This document shows, one piece after another, positions 1 to 14,700 of a DNA stretch of 64,000 bases. The notes beneath the pieces are model-generated. The model worked only from the letters and a program-made list of their open reading frames with translations, was not told where the DNA came from and made no database searches. Every line of letters begins with the position of its first letter. Within the stretch, counting starts at the first letter, position 1. Origin of the DNA: Mobula hypostoma. Lineage: Eukaryota. A program made the position numbers and the translations under genes. The stretch spans positions 201,378,001 through 201,442,000 of the forward strand of contig NC_086100.1 of assembly GCF_963921235.1 (NCBI RefSeq), given 5' to 3'.

Positions 1-269
1 GCGCTTTCACCTCTTCTTAAAGGCTACTCTTGAGTGCTTCCCTGATGGATGAGTGTTGGCTTGATTATCTCCCGTGAGTTTTTCTGGGCCTCAGAACAGC
101 TCCAAATGAGCTCCACCCTTCTCAGTAAATTCAATTCCTTTGCACTTACTTCCACCTCTCATCATGGCATACTCAATCATACTGTGATCACTCTTTCCAA
201 GATGATCCCTAAATACAAGATCACTAATTCTACCCGTCTCATTGCACAGGACCAGATCTAAGATAGCAC

Positions 270-428
270 ATCGAAGTTGCTGGTGAACGCAGCAGGCCAG
301 GCAGCATCTCTAGGAAGAGGTACAGTTGACGTTTCGGGCCAAGACCCTTCGTCAGGACTAACTGAAGGAAGAGTTAGTAAGAGATTTGAAAGTGGGAGGG
401 GGAGGGAGAGATCCAAAATGATAGGAGG
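270..428 (-). mobile_element. Penelope-like element 3' end (pLTR fragment) inserted in an old CR1 piece
   Basis: Reverse complement of the PLE tail at about 18800-18965; flanked by agcac repeats (265-269, 429-433). Confidence 0.8.
324..359 (-). ncRNA. Minimal type I hammerhead ribozyme motif
   Basis: Minus strand reads AGUC-CUGACGA-A-GGGUCUUGGCCC-GAAACGUC-AACU: hammerhead core with stem II GGG/CCC and palindromic ACGU stem III. Confidence 0.7.
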
Positions 429-439
429 AGCACGTTGCC

Positions 440-3400
440 TTGTGGTGCATACAAAGTCGCCAAGAGTAGTGGGAAACTAGAAGACTGGGAAAACTTTAAA
501 AAGCAACAAAGAACCACTAAGCAAGCAATAAAGGAAGGGAAGCTAGATTATGAAAATAAACTAGCATAATATATAAAAGCAGATAGTAAATGTTTTTATA
601 ATTATATAAATCTGAAAAGTGGCTAAAGTGAATGTAGGTCCCTTGGAGGATGAGAAGGGGGAATTGATATTGGGTAATGAGGAAATGACAGAGGCTTGAA
701 TGACTAGTTTGTGTCGATCTTCATGGTGTACGACATGCCTGACATGCCAATGAGAGATGTTATGGATGCAATGGGAGGCGAGGACCTTGACACAATAGCT
801 ATCACTGAAGAGGGAATGCTGATCAAACTTTTGGGCCTGAAGATAGATAAGTCCCCGGTCCTGATGGAATGCATCCCAGCGTACTGAAAAAAATGGTAGA
901 AGTTATAGTAGAAGCTTTGGTGATAATTTACCAACATTTTCTAGACACTAGGCAGGTCCTGGTGGATTGGAATTTGGCAAATGTCACACCGCTGTTCAAA
1001 AAGGGATGTAGGCAAAAGGCAGGTAACTAACATCTGAGATCGGGAAAATGCTTGAAGCTATCATGAAAGAAGAAATTTCAAGGCGCCTGGAAAGAAATGG
1101 ATCCATCAGGCAGATGCAGCATGGATTCAGCAAAGGCAGGTCCTGTTTGACAAACTTACGGGAGTTCTTTGAGGATATAATGAACACAAAGGATAGAGAA
1201 AAACAGACGGACATTATTTATTTGGATTTCCATAAGGCGTTCGATACGGTGCTGCATAAAAGACTTTTCCATAAGATAAAGATGCATAGAATTGGGGGTG
1301 ATGTATTAGCATGGATAGAGGATTGGTTAACTGATAGAAAGCAGCGAGTTGGGATACATGGGTCTTACTCTAGTTGGCGATCAGTGGTGAGCGGTGTGCC
1401 ACAGGGGTCAGTGCTGGGCCTGCAACTGTTCACGTTATACATTAACGATCTGGAAGAGAGGACTGAGAGTAGTGTATCTATGTTTGCTGATGATACTAAA
1501 TTGGGTGGAAAAGCAAATTGTGCAGAGGATATGGAGAGTGCTGAGAGATATAGATAGGTTAAGAACATACAACGTAGAGCAGTACAGCACAGTACAGGCC
1601 CTTTGGCCCACAATGTTGTGCTGACCCTCAAACCCTGCCTCCCATATAAACCCCAACTTAAATTCCTCCATATACCTGTCCAGTAGTCTCTTAAACTTCA
1701 CTAGTGTATCTGCCTCCACCACTGACTCAGGCAGCGCATTCCACACACCAACCACTCTCTGAGTAAAAAACCTTCCTCTAATATCCCCCTTGAACTTCCC
1801 ACCCCTTACCTTAAAGCCATGTCCTCTTGTACTGAGCAGTGGTGCCCTGGGGAAGAGGCGCTGGCTATCTACTCTATCTATTTCTCTTATTATCTTGTAC
1901 ACCTCTATCATGTCTCCTCTCATCCTCCTCCTCTCCAAAGAGTAAAGCCCTAGCTCCCTTAATCTCTGTTCATAATGCATACTCTCTAAACCAGGCAACA
2001 TCCTGGTAAATCTCCTCTGTACCCTTTCCAATGCTTCCACATCCTTCCTATAGTGAGGCAACCAGAACTCGATACAGTATTCCAAGCATGGCCTAACCAG
2101 AGTTTTATAGAACTGCATCATTACATCGCGACTCTTAAACACTATCCCTTGACTTATGAAAGATAACACCCCATAAGCTTTCTTAACTACCCTATCCACC
2201 TGTGAGGCAACTTTCAGGGATCTGTGGACATGTACCCCCAGATCCCTCTGCTCCTCCACACTACCAAGTATCCTGCCATTTACTTTGTACTCTGCCTTGG
2301 AGTTTGTCCTTCCAAAGTGTACCACGTCAGACTTCTCCGGGTTGAACTCCATCTGCCACTTCTCAGCCCACTTCTGCATCCTATCAATGTCTCTCTGCAA
2401 TCTTCGACAATCCTCTACACTATCTACAAGACCACCAACCTTTATGTCGTCTGCAAACTTGCCAACCTACCCTTCTACCCCCACATCCAGGTCGTTAATA
2501 AAAATCACAAAAAGTAGAGGTCCCAGAACAGATCCTTGTGGGACACCATTAGTCACAATCCTCCAATCTGAATGTACTCCCTCCACCACTACCCTCTGCC
2601 TTCTGCAGGCAAGCCAATTTTGAATCCACCTGGCCAAACTCCCCTGGATCCCATGCCTTCTGACTTTCTGAATAAGCCTACCGTGTGGAACCTTGTCAAA
2701 TGCCTTACTAAAATCCATATAGATCACATCCACTGCACTACCCTCATCTATATGCCTGGTCACCTCCTCAAAGAACTCTATCAGGCTTGTTAGACACGAT
2801 CTGCCCTTCACAAAGCCATGCTGACTGTCCCTGATCAGACCATGATTCTCTAAATGCCCAGAGATCCTGTCTCTAAGAATCTTTTCCAACAGCTTTCCCA
2901 CCACAGACGTAAGGCTCACTGGTCTATAATTACCCGGACTATCCCTACTACCTTTTTTGAACAAGGGGACAACATTCGCCCCACTCCAATCCTCCGGTAC
3001 CTTTCCCGTGGACAACGAGGACATAAGGATCCTCGCCAGAGGCTCAGCAATCTCTTCCCTCACCTCGTGGAGCAGCCTGGGGAATATTCCGTCAGGCCCC
3101 GGGGACTTATCCATCCTAATGTATTTTATCAACTCCAACACTTCCTCTCCCTTAATATCAACATGCTCCAGAACATCAACCTCACTCATATTGTCCACAC
3201 CATCATCAAGTTCGCTCTCATTGGTGAATACCAAAGAGAAGTATTCATTGAGGACCTCGCTCACCTCCACAGCCTCCAGGCACATCTTCCCACCTTTATC
3301 TCTAATCGGTCCTACCTTCACTCCTGTCATCCTTTTTTTCTTCACATAATTGAAGAATGCCTTGGGGTTTTCCTTTACCCTACTCGCCAAGGCCTTCTCA

Positions 3401-4650
3401 TGCCCCCTTCTTGCTCTTCTCAGCCCATTCCTAAGCTCCTTTCTTGCTTCCCTATATTCCTCAATAGACCCATCTGATCCTTGTTTCCTAAACCTCATGT
3501 ATGCTGCCTTCTTCCACCTGACTAGATTTTCCACCTCACTTGTCTTCCATGGTTCCTTCACCCTACCATTCTTTATCTTCCTCATCGGGACAAATTTATC
3601 CCTAACATCCTGCAAGAGATCCCTAAGCATCAACTACATGTTCATAGTACATTTCCCTGCAAAAACATCATCCCAATTCACACCCGCAAGTTCTAGCGTT
3701 ATAGCCTTATAATTTGCCCTTCCCCAATTAAAATTTTTCCTGTCCTCTCTGATTCTATCCTTTTCCATGATAATGCTAAAGGCCAGGGAGCAGTGGTCAC
3801 TGTCCCCCAGATGCTCACCCACTGAGAGATCTGTGACCTGACCCAGATCATTACCTAGTACTAGATCTCGCATGGCATTCTCCCTAGTCGGCCTGTCCAC
3901 ATACTGTGACAGGAATCCGTCCTGGAGTTAAGTGAGGCAAGGGTCTGGCAGATGGTGTAGAATGTTAGTAAATGTGAGGTCATCCACTTTGGAAGGAAAA
4001 TGGAAGAGCAGATTATTTATGAAAGCTAACACCCCATTTAAATGAAGAACTGCTGCATGCTGCTGTGCAGAGGGACTTGGGAGTGCTTGTGCATGAATCA
4101 CCAAATGTCGGTTTGCAGGTGCAGCAAGCTATCAAGAAGCAAATGGAATGTTGTCCTTCATTGCTAGAGGGATTGAATTTAAGATCCTCCTTACTTGAAG
4201 GAAATACTGGCTTTGGAGGCGGTGCAGAGGATGTTCACCAGGTTGACTTCAGAGATGACAGGGTTAGACTATGAGGAGAGATTGAATCTCCTGGGACTGT
4301 ACTTGCTGGAATTCAGAAGAATGAGAGGAGGTCTTTTGGAATCATATAAAATTATGAAAGGGATAGATAAGATAGAGGCAGGAAAGTTGTTTCCACTAGA
4401 ACTGGAGGACATAGCTTTAAGATTCGGGGGAGTAGATTTTGGACAGAGATAAGGAGGAACTGCTTTTCCCAGAGAGTGGTGAATCTGTGGAATTCTCTAC
4501 CCAATGAAGCAGTGGAGACTATCTCAGTATTAAAGGTTATGGGGAAAAGGCAGGTAGGTGGAGGCGAGTCCACAGCCAAATCGGCCATGATCTTATTGAA
4601 TGGTGGAGCAGGCTCAATGGGCCAGATGGCCGACTCCTGCTCCTGCTTCT
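440..4650 (+). mobile_element. Decayed CR1 LINE (RT to 3' end), split by a younger CR1
   Basis: ORF 1048..1557 has QHGF..SCLTNL, YLDFx[13 protein letters not shown] and FADDTK motifs; continues after 3927 with LERVQRxFTR-type sequence. Confidence 0.85.
1564..3926 (-). mobile_element. Young 5'-truncated CR1 LINE, ORF2 with a few stops
   Basis: ORFs 3634..3900, 2467..3633 and 1435..2400 are consecutive CR1 ORF2 segments; TSD gttaag at 1558-1563 and 3927-3932. Confidence 0.93.
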
Positions 4651-4651
4651 G

Positions 4652-5249
4652 ATGCTCTTATACAACACTCTTGGGTTCTTAGACTCCAGATCATTTGTTT
4701 TCATCCACCATGATGCACACCAACATCCCCTTAGGCCCTCTTATGATGGCTTGTTCTGTGTTTTGGAACGGAGAGAAAAGGCTTTTGTCATAGATAAGAG
4801 GGTAAACCTGAATATTTCGGTAGACCTCCTTCAACCGGCCCACCAAGATTTGGTGGATTCTGCTACCATTCCCTGCTGTCACAACATGACCATGAGTCAA
4901 CACTCTCTGGATAAGCCAGAGGCACCTGCTGTTCCTCCACCATAGAACACAGGACCTGAGCTGGGCAGCTCCTCCAAGCTCCAGAAAGGCTCACAATGCT
5001 GTTTTTAGTAAATTCTGGGAGGGCCCTGTGTAGGGTAATGTGGTAATGTAATTGGTGGAAACATACATAATTCACAACCAGCGAGATTGAGTTAGGGTTC
5101 ACTTTAAGAGGCTGGTCTGACGTGGTGACATATTATGTAAAGTACCTTTACCATGCTTTGTGTTCAGTGTCCGGAGTAAGATAAATGAGTTGTTATGGTT
5201 TTTTTATATATAAAATGCCTCACATTCTTTATTTTTGTGAAAACCTACA
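4652..5249 (+). mobile_element. Gypsy-like LTR retrotransposon 3' remnant (integrase C-terminus, PPT, 3' LTR 5029-5249)
   Basis: FVFIHHDAHQHPLRPSYDGLFCVLER...ISVDLLQPA resembles the Gypsy integrase GPY/F region; purine tract followed by tgtagg...cctaca termini. Confidence 0.65.
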
Positions 5250-5346
5250 ATGAAAAAAGAAGAATAAAAATCAGATTTTAGCTGTGTCTGATTTAGGTAA
5301 ATTAGCTCCATACTGGTGTAGCTTTTATACCTGTTAAGTATATGAA

Positions 5347-5527
5347 CAACACACACAAAATGCTGGAGAAACTCACCCAGCCAGGCATCATCTGTGAAGA
5401 AGAAAATGAAGGGTCTCAGCCCAAAATATCAATTGTACTCTTTTCCATAGATGTTGCCTGGCTGCTGAGTTCCTCCAATATTTTGTGTGTGTTGATTGAA
5501 TTTCCTACATCTGCAGATTTTCCTCTT
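5347..5527. mobile_element. Old fold-back PLE-derived short element
   Basis: Inverted arms caacacacacaaaat...attttgtgtgtgttg, degenerate gaagggtctcagcccaaaa hammerhead relic, 15-bp TSD tgttaagtatatgaa (5332-5346, 5528-5542). Confidence 0.75.
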
Positions 5528-5676
5528 TGTTAAGTATATGAAATATTTTGTGGAGACAGGCTTAACTGTCTTTTATTGTAGTGAAGAAAACCTAAGCAAA
5601 GAGAAATGGTTCAAGTGCTCCACAGAGCTGAAGAGCTGAAGAGCTTGCTTCCATAAAACTCCTGTGTTTCTTGCAG

Positions 5677-5755
5677 CTTCCTGATACCAGAAAGGCTTCA
5701 GGTGTCATATTATGGTGCAAATGGAACACTGATGACAGAACAAAGCAGCACTTTG
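5677..5755 (+). CDS. ADAM exon, pro-domain ([26 protein letters not shown])
   Basis: tttcttgcag acceptor, gtgag donor, 79 nt, ADAM pro-domain YYxxxGT motif; phase joins the next exon. Confidence 0.9.
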
Positions 5756-8700
5756 GTGAGATGACACATTACATAAAGATAACATTGAATGTTGCATTCC
5801 TTTGTGAGATCAAATTTTGAAACTATAAGCTACTTTGATAGTACATCAAATAGTTAAGACCAGCAAATGTGAGGAAATTCCTAACCCCTGTGCCTACTGA
5901 TTTACATTGTTTTAAATGTTTAAAGTCCTGAAGAAAACAGTAGCTTCTTCTCAGAGGAAATTTCATTGGTTACTTATTCGCCACAAAGGGACATCAGTGG
6001 CAGCATATTGATGAGCTCTCTCCCTGAACCCCTGTGCACTGCATGGAGCAGATACTGTTTGGAAGTTTGATACAGCCCGAAGCAAAGCAGAGGTCCTCTT
6101 TTCAAGGCACGAAGGGAAAGGGAGGGGGTAGGTTTGCAACAATCCAAACTCCCAAGAATGGGAGTTGCAACATTACCTCGTAGCTCTTGAACTCAGTCCC
6201 TTGACAAATAAAGGTCAAACACAATATACCTTAATAATTTTACCAACTTCTGCAGCAACTTTGATGAATTTGTGGACATAGGGCCCAAGATCCCTCTGTT
6301 CCTCCACAAGCTTCACTGGATCCCATGCCTCCTGACTTTCTTAATAAGCCTTCCATGGGGAATCTTATCAAACACCGTACTAAAACCCATATACAACTCA
6401 TCAGTTGCTCTGCTTTCATCATCACTGTGCTTTGTCACATGCCTAGAGAATTCAATCAGGCTCCTTAGATGTGATCTGCTCCTTGAAAAAGTCAGAAAAT
6501 TTCACATTTTAGCTCAATGCCTTTTGTCCTTTTTCATTTGTTTGGCATGAACAAAGTGAGAAAGATTGGCATTAACTTTCTTTTTTCCCAAACATCACTG
6601 TCTTCTCTCCAGACTCACTGTTTCTATGAAGGGATGGTAAGAGGACTCCTTGGATCCCAAGTTGCAGCAAATATATGTTCAGGACTCAGGTAAGTATTAT
6701 CCTGCTTTTGAAACTCTATTGCCTCATGAAGTCTGCACCACCCTCAAACGCTTATCGTACTGAAATTAAACTATACCTGTTAAGAGTAAAAGGATTGCAG
6801 TGAACAAAATTGGTCCTATGGAAGATCAGAATGGCAATTCAGAGCCAAAAGAGATAGGGGAGATCTTGATTTTTTTTGGGTCTGTATTTACTCAGGAGAC
6901 AGACACAGAGCCTATAGAAGAAAGGCAAAACAGCATCAACTTCATGGACTCTGCAGATTACAGAGGAGGAGGTGTTTGCTGTTTTGAGGCAAATTGGAGT
7001 GGATATCCCTGGGGCCTGGCAAGGTGTTCCCTCAGACCCTGTGGGAGGCAAGTACAGAAATCACTGGGGCCCCAGTAGAGATATTTAAATCATCCTTAGG
7101 GACTGGTGAGGTGTTGGCAGATTGCCGGATAGCCAATGTTCTTCTGCTGTTTAAGAAAGGCTCTGAAAATAAACCGGAAAATTATAGGCCAGTGAACCTT
7201 ACATTAGTAGTGGGAAAGTTATTGAAAGGTATTCTAAGGGACCGGATATATGAGTATTTGGTTAGACATGGACTGATTAAGGATAGTCAGCATGGCTTTG
7301 TACGTGGTAGATCAAGTCTAACCGATCTTATAGTTTTTCAAGAAAGTTATCTGGGAAGTTGAAGGCAAGGCAGTGGATGTTGTCCACATGGACTTTAGTA
7401 AGACATTTGACAAGGTGCCACATGGGAGTTTGGTCAAGAAGGTTCAGTCGCTGGCATTCAAGGTGAGTTAGTTAGCTGGATTAGATGTTGGCTTTGTAAA
7501 AGAAGCCAGAGAGTGGTAGCAGATGGCTGCCTTTCTAACTGGAGGCCTGTGATTAGTGGAGTGCCACAGGAATCGGTGCTGGGTCTGTTGTTGTTTGTCA
7601 TCTATATCGATCTGGATGGCAATGTGGTTAACTGGATCAGCAAGTTTGAAGATGACACCAAGACTGGGGATGTAGTGGACAGCAAGAAAGACTATCAGAG
7701 CTTGCAGTGGGATCTGGACCAGCTAGAAAAATGGGCTGACAAATGGCTGACGGAATTTAATGCAGTGAAGTGTGAGATGTTGCACCTCGGTAGGACCAGT
7801 CGGGGTAGGTCTTGCACAGTGAATGATAGGGCACTAAAGAGTGCGATAGAGCAAAGGGATTTGGGAATACAGGTCCATAACTCTTTGAAAGTGGCATCAC
7901 AGGTTCAAAATGTCTATAGTTTCAAAGCATTTATTATCAAAGAATGTATAAATTATACAACCTTGAGATTTGTGTGCTTTCAGGCAGCCAAAAAGCAAGA
8001 AACCTGAAAGAACCTAATAAAAAAATTAAGATAGAGACCAATACTCAATTGGCAGAGAAAGGGGGGAAAACACAAATCATGCAAACAATAGCAGTGAGCA
8101 TGAACATTCTGAATGAAAATGAGTCCTTAGGTCCAAGCCCTGGAGCTGCCAAGAGTAGGCCCAAAGCATCAATAACAGTACATCAGATTAGCGGGCAGTC
8201 GGTGCCATGGAGAGAGAGGAGTGAACATCATGGGAGAGCAAGCAAAATCAACTCTCGTCTCCAATCCCAACACCTGGGCCGGTGTTTAAATTGTCCAAAC
8301 AGTGTGTCGTATTTCACACTAGGACCTGGGCACCGCTGCAGTGAAAGGCTCCAGCCTGGACCACACCACCCAGTGACTCGTTTGGGGCACTGGAGATGCC
8401 GCCCAGCAATGTGTTCAAAGTTTGAAACTTTGGAAAGATCTAAATAAGCTTGAAAGAATACAGAGAAGATTTACTTGGATGTTGCCAAGTCTGGATGACC
8501 TGATTTATGTATATGGAAAGATTGAACAGGTTAGGACTTTATTCCTTAGAAAGTAGCAGACTGAGAGGAGATTTGATAGAGGATGTAAATTTTTGAGAGG
8601 TATAAATGGAAGCAGGTTTTTTCCACTGTTTTTGGTTGGGCTACAGCTGGAGGTCATGGGTTAAGGGTGAAAGGCGAAAAGTTTAAAGGGAACAGGAGGG

Positions 8701-11700
8701 GAAACTTGTTCACTCAGAGGGTTGTGAGAGTATGGAGTGAGCTGCCAGTGCACGTGAGCTCAATTTCAACGTTTAAGAGAGGTTTGGATAGGTACACGGA
8801 CAATAGGGGTGTGGCGGGCTATGATCCCTGTGCAGGTCGATGGCAGGAGGCAGTTTAAATGGTTCGACATGGACTAGATAGGCCAAAGGGCTGTTTCTGT
8901 GCTGTATTTAACTCAGGACTGAGGTGATGGAGAGCTGACTGAGCCGTCATATGACCTTTTGGTGCTTCCTATAACTTGGACGTCTTCGTAGGAACACAAT
9001 ATCAGAACTAGACTCGTAAGCATTATTCTTATCAATGTTCAAACCACATCTAACGGTCATTTTGTTTTCTTGTCAGCGGCCTAATTATGCTGAGTAACGA
9101 GAGTTATGTTATTGAGCATGTTGAGCGAGATGGACGTGGTTACCACCTGCTGTTTGGACCTAAGCATCTGAAGTTAAAGGAGATGAAGAGCAATAGCAAA
9201 CACCTATTTTCTGAACATACTCCACACCCACTTCGGGTAAGCATTCTACATTGTTTTTTTCATCTGGGTAGATTGATTGCAGGTGATTTGCAAATCATTG
9301 ATACACCTGCTGATGGGTATAGTCCAGAATCATAAGGAAAAGGGTCTTTTTAGTGCACTGCACACACAAGACTGCGGCTGCTGGAATCAAAGCAGTACAG
9401 TCTGCTGGAAGAGCAGGACAAGCAGTATTGACGGTGTTACATTACTGCTAAAGCTTCTCATTCAGGCTTGGTAAGACAGAACAACGTGGACTCCAATTAT
9501 CTATGTAGAACTACAAAACTTTGTTTACTAGGACAGAATAATAAGCATTAAAATACTTATCTAGATGTGCACAGGCTCCTCTCTCTGCAGCACAGCTCTC
9601 ACTCTGCAAAATCCGCGGTGCCATGTATGAACAGCCTTTTGGTGAGGCCTCAAAGAACTACCCTCAAGCCCACCGACTGCTCTACTTCTATACGCATACC
9701 ACTGATATGTGTTGCTGAAATGAGTGGACTGATCCATTAACGCCAACTCAAACCACTGATCCAGAACCAGTCATCACTTGTCACCACTCCCCACGACTCG
9801 CCCCTGTGTTCACTTGAGATTCATGTTTCTACAGCTGTAACCTAACAGACATATTGCACTCCCATGTTCGCTGGACCATATTGTATCCCTACAAATTATT
9901 GCATTCCCATATTTACGGGATCGTATTGTATCCCTACAGAATATTGCATTCCCAGCTTCACTAGATCCTAATGTATCCGTACAATATGTTATATTTTTCA
10001 TGTTCATCTATTCTATCGGTACAGTGTATTGCATTCCCATGTTCACCAGACTGTATTGTATCCCTACAAAATATTCTATTCCTAGACTCGCTGGTATTGA
10101 ATCCCTAGAGTGTATAGCATTCCCATGTTTGTCTTATTGTATCCCTACAGTATGGCATTTCCATGTTTGCGTGACCATATTATATCCCTACAGAATACTG
10201 CATTACCATGTTCGCTGCATCGTATTGTATCCCTACAGCATTTTGCAGTCCCACGTTTGTCAGACCGTATTCTATCTCTAAAGTATATTGTATTCCTATA
10301 TTTGCCATATTGAATCCCTAATGTATATTGCATCCCCATATTCACCAGACCGTATTCTCTCCTCGCAGTAATTTGCTTTCTCATGTTCACCGTATTTTAT
10401 CACTACACAATATTGCAATCCCATGTTTCCTGGTCCTTATTGTATCCCTACATTATTGCGTTCCCATAATCGCCGGACCGTATGGTATCCAACAGTATAA
10501 TGTATTCCCATGTTAGTTCTATTCTATTCCTACATACATTCCATTGTTTGCTGGACCGAATTGTATCCCTATGGAATATTGCATTCCCATGTTCGCCAGA
10601 TCATATTGTATCCCTACAGAATATTGCATTTCCATGTTCGCCAAATCATACTGTATCCCTATGGAATATTGCAGTCCCATATTTGCCAAACCGTATTGTA
10701 TCCCTACAGTATTCTCATATTCACTGGATGGAATTGCATCCCTATAGTATATTGCATTCCCATGTTCACCGGACTGTTTTGTATCTCTGCAGAATATTGC
10801 ATTCTCAGATTCGCTGGACCGTGTTGAATCCTTACAGTGTATTGCATTCCCATGTTCACCGTGTTTTATCCCTACAATATTGCATTTCCATGATCATCAG
10901 ACTGTATTGTGTCCGACAATATATTGTACTCCCATGTCTGCTGTAATATACCCCTACAGTACATTGCATTCCCATGTTCACCAGACTATATGGTATCACC
11001 ACAGCATATTGCATTCCCATATTTGCTGAAGCGCATTGTATCCTTACAGAATATTGCATTCCCATGTTCACCGGACTGTATTCCATCCCTACGGTATATT
11101 GCATTCTCATGTTAGCCGTATTGCATCTCTACAACAATTACAGTCCCATGTTCAGCAGACTGTATTGTGTCCTTACAGTATATTGTATTCCCATGTTTAC
11201 CAGATTGTATTGTATCCCTACAGTATATTGCATTCCTATGTTTGCCAGACTTTATTCTATCCCTATAGTATAAGAGTTCCATGCTACAGGACTGCTTTGA
11301 TGGCGTCGACTGGAATGTCTTCCATGATGAGGATGTCTCCAGGTTTACGGAAGGAGTCATGAGCTTCATCCGGAAGTGCATCGAGGATATTGTCCCCCAG
11401 AAATCGGTCAGGGTCTACCCAAACCAGAAACCCTGGATCAACAGTTCTGTGCGAGCAGCACTTATCGCGCGAGACAGAGCTGACATTGCCAGTAATCAGC
11501 AGGAGCCTCAAGAAATGCAGCTACGATCTGTGCAAAGTCATGAAGGCAGTGAAATGACAATACAGGGACAAGATCCAGACACAACTCTCCACCGACAACA
11601 CACGCAGCTTATGCAAGGTCTGCACACCATCGCAGACTTCAAAGCTAAGCACAGTGGTGCTGCCAACATCACTGCCTCTCTCCCAGATGAGGTAAATCTT

Positions 11701-14700
11701 TTTTACAGTCGGTTTGATATCACCAACACTGAGCCCTTGAGGAGAACTGCACCTCGGTCATCTCTGAGGCTGAAGTACGCAGATGTTTCCAGTGGGTGGA
11801 CAGTCGCAAGGCTGCAGGACTGGACGGCATCCCAGGGCGGGTACTCTCGATGTACGCAGCACAACTGGTGGGCATGTTTACAGACATTTTTAGTCTCTTC
11901 CTCTCCCAGTGTAGAGTGCCCTCTTGCTTCAAAACATCCACCATTGTCCCTCTACCTAAAAAGACCAAGGTGACATGTGTGAACAACTGTTGTCCTATCA
12001 CACTCACCTCAAAATAAGCAAATGCTTATAAATGAGAGGCTGGTCAAGGACTTCATCTGCAGCATGCTACCACCCACACTGGACTCCCTACAATTCATAT
12101 ACCAACACAACCAATCAACAGATGACGCAACAGTCAGAGGGCATGACTTCAGGATTAAAGGATGACCATTTAGAACAGAGATGCGGAGAAATTACTTTAG
12201 TCAGAGGGTGGTAAATCTGTGGAATTTGTTGCCATGAGCGGCTGTGGAGGCCAAGTCATTGGGTGTATTTAAGGCAGAGAGATAGGTTCTTGATTAGCCA
12301 GGGCATCAAGGGGTATGGGGAGAAGGAAGGGGAGTGGGGATGACTGGAAGAATTGGATCAGCCCATGATTGAATGGCAGAGCAGACTCGATGGGCTGAAT
12401 GGCCTCCTTCTGCTCCTATATCTTATGATTTTATGGTCTTACATTGATTGGCCTAATCTCAAATAATAACGAGTGGTCTATAGAGAAAAAGTCATCACCC
12501 TGACGCAGTAGTGTCAAGAAAACAACCTCTCGCTCAATGTTGCAAAAACAAAGGAGCTGTTTTGTGCATTACAGGAGGAATGAAGACTGGCTAACCCCTA
12601 TAGAGGTCAATGGATCTGGGGTTGACAGGGTAAACTGCTTTAAGTTCCTCAGCATAAACATCTCACGTGGTCTGTACAGACCAGCTGCGTGGTGAAAAAA
12701 ACATAACAGTGCTTCTTTCGCCTTAGTCAGTTCAAGAAATTTGGCATGAGTCCCCAGACCTGAAGGACTTTCTACAGGGGCACAATTGAGAGCATCCTGA
12801 CTGGCTGGTATGGGAACTGTATTTCCCTTAATTGCAGGGCTCTGCAGAGAGTGGTGCGGACAGCCCAGCGCATCTGTAGATGTGAACTTTCTACTGTTCA
12901 GAACATTTACAGAGACAGATGTGTAAGAAGGGGCCGAAGGATCATTAGGAACCTGAGTCACTCCAACCACAAATTGTTCCAGCTGCTATCATTAGGAAAA
13001 CGGTACCGCAGCATAAAAACCAGGACCAACAGGCTCCAGGACAGCTTCTTCCACCAGGCCATCAGACTTCAGACTGATTAATTCACGCTGATTCAATTGG
13101 ATTTCTGTGCTATATTGATTGTCCTGTTGTACATACTATTTATTACAAATTACTATAAATTGCATATTACACATTTAGACAGAGATGAAATGTAAAGATT
13201 TTTACTCCTCATGTATGTGAAGGATGGAGGTAATAAAGTCAATTCAATTCAATTCAGTATTGCTTTCCCATGTTTGCTGTATTCTTTCCCTACAGTATCT
13301 TCCATTCCCATGTTCATCGTATTGTATTCCTACAGTATATTGCATTCCCAAGTTCGCCGGATTGTATTGTATATTGCAATCCCACATTTCCCATACGGCA
13401 TTGCATCCCTACAGAATATTGCATTAATATTTTCCCAGTCCATATTGTATTCCTACAGTATATTGCATTCCCATATTCATTAGAGTGTATTGTCTCCCTG
13501 TAGTAAATTACATTCCAACGTTAGCCGGAGCTTATTGTATCCCTACTGCATATTGCATTCCCATGTTTGCTGGAGCATAGTATATCCATACAGTGTTGTG
13601 CATTCACGTGTTCGCCGTATTGTTTTGCAACAGAATATTTCATTGTAAAGTTCACCTTATTGTATCGGTACGGTATATTGCACACCCATGTTTGCTGGAT
13701 GGTATTGTATCCCTACAGATATTGCAATCCCATGTTTTTCACACCGTATTTTATCCCTAAAAAATAATGCAATCCATGTTCGCCGGACTATATTCTATAT
13801 GTACATATTGCATTCATATTTTCGCTGGACCATATTATATCCTTACAGTATATTGTTCGCTGGACTGCATTTTATCCCTACGTTATATTACAATTGCATG
13901 TTTGCTGGACCGTATTTTATCCTTATGGAATATTACATTTCCATGTTTGTCGTATTAAATAGAAACATAGCAAGCCTACAGCACAATACAGGCCCTTCGG
14001 CCCACAAAGTTGTGCCGAACATGTCCCTACCTTAGAAATTACTAGGCTTACCTACAGTCCTCTATTTTTCTAAGCTCCATGTACCTATCCAAAAGTCTCT
14101 TAAAAGACCCTATCGTATTCGCCTCCACCGCCGTTGCTGGCAGCTCATTCCGCGCACTCACCACTCTGAGTAAAAAAACTTACACATCTCCTCTGTACCT
14201 ACTCCCCAGCAACTTAAACCTGTGTCCTCTTGTGGCAACCATTTCAGCCTGGGAAAAAGCCTCTGACTATCCACACGATCAATGTCTCTCATCATCTTTT
14301 ACAACTCTATCAGGTCACCTCTCAACCTCCGTTGCTCCAAAGAGAAAAAGGCCAAGTTCACTGAACTTATTCTCATAAGGCGTGCTCCCCAATCCAGGCA
14401 ACATCCTTGTAAATCTCCTCTGCACCCTTTCTATGGCTTCCACATCCTTCCTACAGTGAGGCGACCAGAACTGAGCACAGTACTCCAAGTGGGGTCTGAC
14501 CAGGGTCCTATATAGCTGCAACATTACCTCTCGGCTCCTAAATTCAATTCCATGATTGATGAAGGCCAATACACCATACGCCTTCTTAACCACAGAGTCA
14601 ACCTGCGCAGCTGCTTTGAGCGTCCTATGGACTCGGACCCCAAGATCCCTCTGATCCTCCGAACTACCAAGAATCTTACCATTAATACTATATTCTGCTG

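Noticed and set aside
2224..3712. Long + strand ORFs here and at 41865-43341
   Set aside because: Antisense shadows of CR1 ORF2.
7903..8447. 167-aa ORF 7944..8447
   Set aside because: No recognisable domain; it lies in an unclassified repeat-like insert within a CR1.
9810..13958. Many overlapping Cys/Tyr-rich ORFs (YCIPMF repeats)
   Set aside because: They are translations of the 45-bp satellite, whose length is divisible by 3; no gene structure.
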